Below, in pieces: positions 59,944 to 64,000 of a stretch of DNA of 64,000 bases. Position numbers and translations under genes: made by a program. Source of the DNA: Allosphingosinicella sp. GTDB taxonomy: Bacteria; Pseudomonadota; Alphaproteobacteria; Sphingomonadales; Sphingomonadaceae. The stretch lies in contig DASTFN010000044.1 of the NCBI GenBank assembly GCA_035719905.1, positions 4,711 through 68,710 of the forward strand, given 5' to 3'. Under the pieces are notes generated by a model. The model was given only the letters and a program-made list of their open reading frames with translations. It was not told where the DNA came from and did no database searches. Position 1 is the first letter of the stretch. Every line of letters begins with the position of its first letter.

Positions 59944-62241
59944 ATGGCGCAGACTACCTTCAGATTAGCTCGGGGCGACACCATTGCAATGCCCGACGGT
60001 ATAGCCGGGACTCAACTCTGGCGCGTCGAGCGACGCCTTCAGAAGGGCTATTTGACCTCGTCCAGCCACGCCCCGGATCGCGTTTGGACGCACGATGAGA
60101 TCATGGCGGCCTGGTGCGACCACCGAATGGAGCATTGGGCAGCCGATCTGTCGGGACTGGACGAGGCTCTCGCGGAGATGCTGCAGAGCGATCTTGACCG
60201 CTGGTCACCAGAGAAGATCTTCGAGGCGCGTTGCCGAGAAACTTATGCCAGACGAGTTGACGAATTGCGTGGCGCCGGCGTCCGCAAATACAAGGCGTAT
60301 CGGCGAGCAGCGGCGGAGATCACCGCGGAGTTCGGGGATGAATGGGCAAAGAGGGCGGCGGAGCTCCGGGGGGCCGCCGATGCGCTGGCTCCAAGGCGCC
60401 TGAAGACTCGGTCGATTGCATTGGCCCAAGCTCCCATTCCTCCACTCACGCTGGGCTGGAGCGCGGTGAAGAAGTGGTGGCTGAGGTGGGACAAAGCTGG
60501 ACGGGATCTGCGGGCGCTCATCTCGCAAGATCACCTTCGTGGCGACCACAGGCCTCGCTTCGACGACAGGAGGGGCGAGCAGAAGGACGACGCGGACGTG
60601 CGCTGCGTCTATGGCGCCATGGCCTGGCTCGCACGGACCGTCTACATGGGTCAGACGGACCAAGACGGCGACGGTAAAGCATCTGGCCATACTGCCACGT
60701 CCACCAAGAAATATGCTCACGAGCGGCTCAAGGAGAAGCTGAAGTCGCTCCGCCTTCCGACCGTGTCGATCACCACATTCTCGAAGTTCCTTCGCGATCG
60801 CTACGATGCATACGACGAATACCGGGCGCGCTTCGGGCCGAGGGCCGCCTATCTGAAGTTCCACATCTTCGAGAGACGCGCACTCCCAGACCGGGCCATG
60901 GAAGAGGTGGAGGTAGACCATTGTCTCCTCGACGTGTTCGTCATGGACCGCCACGGGCGGGTCGCTCGTCCTTGGCTGACAGTGCTGATCTGTCGCGCCA
61001 CGAAGATGATCGTCGGGATCCACATCGGGTTCGATCCCCCCAGTTCCGAGACGCTGGCTCGCGCGGTCCTGCACGCGATCCTTCCGAAGGTGCTCGATGG
61101 CACTGGTGCCAAGCACGATTGGCCCTGCATGGGGGGCTTCGACATGCTGATCACTGATCGGGGCCTCGAACTCATGAGCGAGGCCTTCCAGCGCGCCGGC
61201 AACCGTCTTAAGTTCGCGATCGTCAACCTTCCGGGAAGGTCTCCGTGGTTGAAGGCGACCGTCGAGCGTTTCTTCGGGACGCTTGGTGTGCGCGTCCTGT
61301 CGCGGCTAGAGGGGACGACCCGTGCGCGGGCGCCAGACTGGTATGATCCACAGGCCCGAGCGCGGTGGGGATTGGCGGAGCTCACCGCTGAAATCGTCCG
61401 GTGGATCGTAGACGATTATCACGAGGCGCATCACGACACGCTCGGCACATCACCCCGACGCCGTTGGCAGGAGCTCGCCGAGGATGCGCACTGCGGCGGT
61501 GTTCGGGTGCCGCCGCCCTTTAAGGAGGTTTTCCGGATGCTGGGTGAGGGTGGGATCACCCGCGTCATCGGCAATAGCGGCATTCCCTTCGACAACAATC
61601 ACTACTCAAGCCCCGATGTGGAAAGATACAGGCGCACTCACGACGGTAAGAAACCGGTTGAGATCATTGCCGAGTATTTCGATCGGAGCTTCATCTGGGT
61701 GAAGCTCGGTAACGATTGGAAGGAGGTGCCGGCGGTCGGCGGCGTCCGCCTGCAAGGGCTAAGTCGCTACGCTAACCGAATCGTCAATCGACTCGCCCGC
61801 AAACTCACGCCGCAGGGTGAGGAGGTCACCGAGGACACATTGGAACGCGCCCGCATTCAGTGTGAGGAAGAGGCGCGCACGATGAAGGGGCGCCGCGCTA
61901 TACGCTTCGGGTCCGAGGGCGCGCTAGCCACCGACGTCCTTGGTAACAACGGGCGGCTCGCGGTGTTGGCAAACGGATTGGAAACGCCGTTAATCGAAGA
62001 CTCGGCTCAGGCGCCAACCGATAAGGCACCGACGTTCACGATCGAGCAGAAGTCCTCCGCCGAACGGGAGGCGGATGCCCCATCCGTAGATGCGCCTGAG
62101 CATGGCGCCGCCACCGATCAAGGCAATGATCTTGAGCAGAACGAGCCGAACATCGCTGGGCTCGCGATTATGACTGCACCGAAGCAGGATCTGGACTCCA
62201 TTCTGGCCGAGCTTTCCGGCGCCCATAGGGTGCTACGATGA
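59944..62241 (+). CDS. tnsB: DDE transposase TnsB (Mu-transposase-like C terminus)
   Basis: EVEVDHCLLD, RPWLTVLIC, LITDRGLE, KATVERFFG, YH...H..LG.SP...W. Confidence 0.92.
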   Translation: MAQTTFRLARGDTIAMPDGIAGTQLWRVERRLQKGYLTSSSHAPDRVWTHDEIMAAWCDHRMEHWAADLSGLDEALAEMLQSDLDRWSPEKIFEARCRETYARRVDELRGAGVRKYKAYRRAAAEITAEFGDEWAKRAAELRGAADALAPRRLKTRSIALAQAPIPPLTLGWSAVKKWWLRWDKAGRDLRALISQDHLRGDHRPRFDDRRGEQKDDADVRCVYGAMAWLARTVYMGQTDQDGDGKASGHTATSTKKYAHERLKEKLKSLRLPTVSITTFSKFLRDRYDAYDEYRARFGPRAAYLKFHIFERRALPDRAMEEVEVDHCLLDVFVMDRHGRVARPWLTVLICRATKMIVGIHIGFDPPSSETLARAVLHAILPKVLDGTGAKHDWPCMGGFDMLITDRGLELMSEAFQRAGNRLKFAIVNLPGRSPWLKATVERFFGTLGVRVLSRLEGTTRARAPDWYDPQARARWGLAELTAEIVRWIVDDYHEAHHDTLGTSPRRRWQELAEDAHCGGVRVPPPFKEVFRMLGEGGITRVIGNSGIPFDNNHYSSPDVERYRRTHDGKKPVEIIAEYFDRSFIWVKLGNDWKEVPAVGGVRLQGLSRYANRIVNRLARKLTPQGEEVTEDTLERARIQCEEEARTMKGRRAIRFGSEGALATDVLGNNGRLAVLANGLETPLIEDSAQAPTDKAPTFTIEQKSSAEREADAPSVDAPEHGAATDQGNDLEQNEPNIAGLAIMTAPKQDLDSILAELSGAHRVLR

Positions 62242-63353
62242 CATATCAGCACAGCAATCTAGATCCAGCCATGGGTGCGGTCGCGGACCTCGAACTCGCG
62301 ATCATGTCCCACCAGATGTTGGATCAGGCGATCGAGGCGATGACTATCTTGCTCGCTCGTTCGAGGCACCGTCGCGGGAGACAGCACCTGCGTGCCCGCG
62401 GTATGCTTCTGGTCGGCGACGCGGGAGCGGGCAAGTCCACCATCATCCAGCACTTCTTGGATCTTAACCCCCCGGAGCAGACGCTGGACGGGATCGTAAT
62501 GCCTGTCGCTGTGGTGGAGGTGCCCCCAGCACCGACACTGCGAGCAACCGTAGATGCGATCTATGCGGCGCTCGGCTATCGCGCCGAGAAGGCGCTGTCT
62601 GCCGAGGACATAGTCAGGGATCTCACTGGCAAGGTAGACCTGCTCGGCGTCGGAGCGATGCTTCTCGACGAATCCCACCACATTCTTGCTTCGCGTCAGT
62701 CCGCCGACGTGACCGAGTTCCTCAAGTCGCTGCTGAACAGGCTGGGCTGCAGCATGATCTTTGCTGGACTCCATGAGCTGAAGGACCTTCGTGGCTCCCT
62801 GCAGCTCAACCGCCGCCTTTTCCCTGACGCCGTGCTCCGCCCTTACAATTTCCTCAACACGGCCGAGCGCCTCGAGTTCATGGCCTTCCTCAATGCCCTC
62901 GAGCTTCATGCGATCAAACTTCCTGAGCCCTCCGGGCTTGCCAATCAGGAGATGGCGCGCCGGCTCTACGCAGCGTCGGGAGGGCTGCTCGGCATCGTCA
63001 CCAAGTACCTGTCACATGCCCTGCTTCTGGCGCACCTGCGCGGACTAAGGTGCATCGACCTCGATCTTCTCGCCGAGATCGACGCGAGTTGGTGCGGTCT
63101 GGCCGCGGCACCCGATGATATCCGCTTCGACGATGACATCTCCTTGGACCAGGGTGTGGACGTTGCAGGTCTCTTGGCCCAGGTCGGACGCGCGCGGATC
63201 GACGTCCCTTCCAATCCTTTCAAGTGTGATGCCGGTCTGGTCTTCGACATTTACAAAACGCGCGCAGCTCAGCAGGTCGTCGAGCCGCCGAGGCGTCGCC
63301 TCGACCGCCGGATGAGAGGCACCGGACCGGATCCCCAGAAGGCCTTTCAGTGA
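62238..63353 (+). CDS. tnsC: TnsC/TniB AAA+ ATPase
   Basis: LVGDAGAGKST, LLDESHH, LKSLLN, QL.RR; ATGA-coupled to tnsB. Confidence 0.92.
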   Translation: MTYQHSNLDPAMGAVADLELAIMSHQMLDQAIEAMTILLARSRHRRGRQHLRARGMLLVGDAGAGKSTIIQHFLDLNPPEQTLDGIVMPVAVVEVPPAPTLRATVDAIYAALGYRAEKALSAEDIVRDLTGKVDLLGVGAMLLDESHHILASRQSADVTEFLKSLLNRLGCSMIFAGLHELKDLRGSLQLNRRLFPDAVLRPYNFLNTAERLEFMAFLNALELHAIKLPEPSGLANQEMARRLYAASGGLLGIVTKYLSHALLLAHLRGLRCIDLDLLAEIDASWCGLAAAPDDIRFDDDISLDQGVDVAGLLAQVGRARIDVPSNPFKCDAGLVFDIYKTRAAQQVVEPPRRRLDRRMRGTGPDPQKAFQ

Positions 63354-64000
63354 CTCTTCCACTGCAATTACGCATGCGTTTGCAGGAACCGGGTCATGGC
63401 GCCCTGCTCAGGCTGTGTGCTCGAAACGGCCGAACGGTGGTGCAATCCTTCGCAACATCGATTGGTGTGCAGCTACGAGCGGCACTGGCTGGTCGCGAAG
63501 TAGCCCTAATCGCGGAGCTGGCGGGGCTCTCGCTAAACGCGACTACCTGGTGGTCACCTGTCGTTGCGTCTGCGGACCGCATCGTTTCGATTGCGGGCGA
63601 GGAGTTGTCACTGGGCGACTGGTCCGTCGCGACTCGCCGCCACTGTCCGGAGTGCCTACGCTGCGATGCCGAAGAGGCGAAAGCGCGGAAGCTTCCAGCC
63701 GACTGGGTTGCTAGCCACCGGTCGTGGTGGGATCTCCGTTCGATCGCCGCGTGTCCCGAACATGGCGTCGCGCTGATCGACGCCTGCCCAAGTTGTTCTT
63801 TGCCTCTTGGCTGGCGGGATGCCCGGCGCCTCGTCTGCCCGGGTTGTCAAGGAGATCTCATCGTCGACTCCTCCCCACTCGACGATCCGCTGGGCCGATA
63901 CGTCGCGGCTCGGCTGGGTATCGGACGATCCGATCGGCCGGCTGTTCTGGAGGACCTGCCACTTCGGCAGGCTGTGCGGCTCTGCGGCAAGCTCGGACGG
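63350..64000 (+). CDS. tniQ: TniQ/TnsD-family target selector (3' truncated; absent from ORF track)
   Basis: Manual translation from GTG 63350: MTLPLQLRMRLQEPGHGALLRLCARNG...RHCPECL...WWDLRSIAACPEHGVALIDACPSC...CPGC, the TniQ zinc-finger pattern; open to the window end. Confidence 0.9.
   Translation, partial: MTLPLQLRMRLQEPGHGALLRLCARNGRTVVQSFATSIGVQLRAALAGREVALIAELAGLSLNATTWWSPVVASADRIVSIAGEELSLGDWSVATRRHCPECLRCDAEEAKARKLPADWVASHRSWWDLRSIAACPEHGVALIDACPSCSLPLGWRDARRLVCPGCQGDLIVDSSPLDDPLGRYVAARLGIGRSDRPAVLEDLPLRQAVRLCGKLGR

Larger units (their letters stand above)
5489..64000. mobile_element. Genomic island / Tn7-like element, probably inserted at the 3' end of gyrB (right end outside window)
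   Basis: Housekeeping synteny ends abruptly after gyrB; periodic repeats at the junction; defence and metal cargo; tnsA/B/C/tniQ at 59.3-64 kb. The exact ends are not proven. Confidence 0.65.

Overview
High-GC alphaproteobacterial chromosome segment, probably a sphingomonad (inferred from GyrB and gene content). The first 5.5 kb is backbone: dnaN 3' end, a membrane protein, a Coq4-family gene, recF and gyrB. Immediately after the gyrB stop codon, three 12-bp repeats at 21-bp spacing mark the start of a >58 kb accessory island that runs off the right edge. The island carries, in order: (1) a Lamassu-like/ABC-three-component defence operon; (2) an array of about 10 small secreted or membrane proteins; (3) an alpha-lytic-type S1 protease with a lipoprotein partner; (4) a 19 kb heavy-metal block (CDF, CzcCBA, DUF305, PepSY, CopAB, CueR, Cu P-type ATPase); (5) an MNT-HEPN fusion; (6) a degenerate ImmA/IrrE gene paired with a class III nucleotidyl-cyclase-like gene; (7) a six-gene RiPP operon whose 57-aa precursor (core YDRMHHRHSRS) is missing from the ORF track, with radical SAM-HExxH, arginase-fold, GNAT, Cys-rich and GT2 genes; (8) a block of conflict-type genes (DUF4062-TPR, TPR-HEPN, nonsense-interrupted PIN-like, PD-(D/E)xK-like); (9) an ArsR gene facing a paralog-exonuclease-paralog unit; (10) a Tn7-like tnsABC-tniQ module with a divergent, apparently catalytically dead TnsB/TniA paralog. 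Strongest leads: the extended triceptide-type RiPP operon, the dead-transposase paralog with a possible gyrB attachment site, and the pseudo-IrrE/cyclase pair. All family calls come from motif reading only; no database searches were run.
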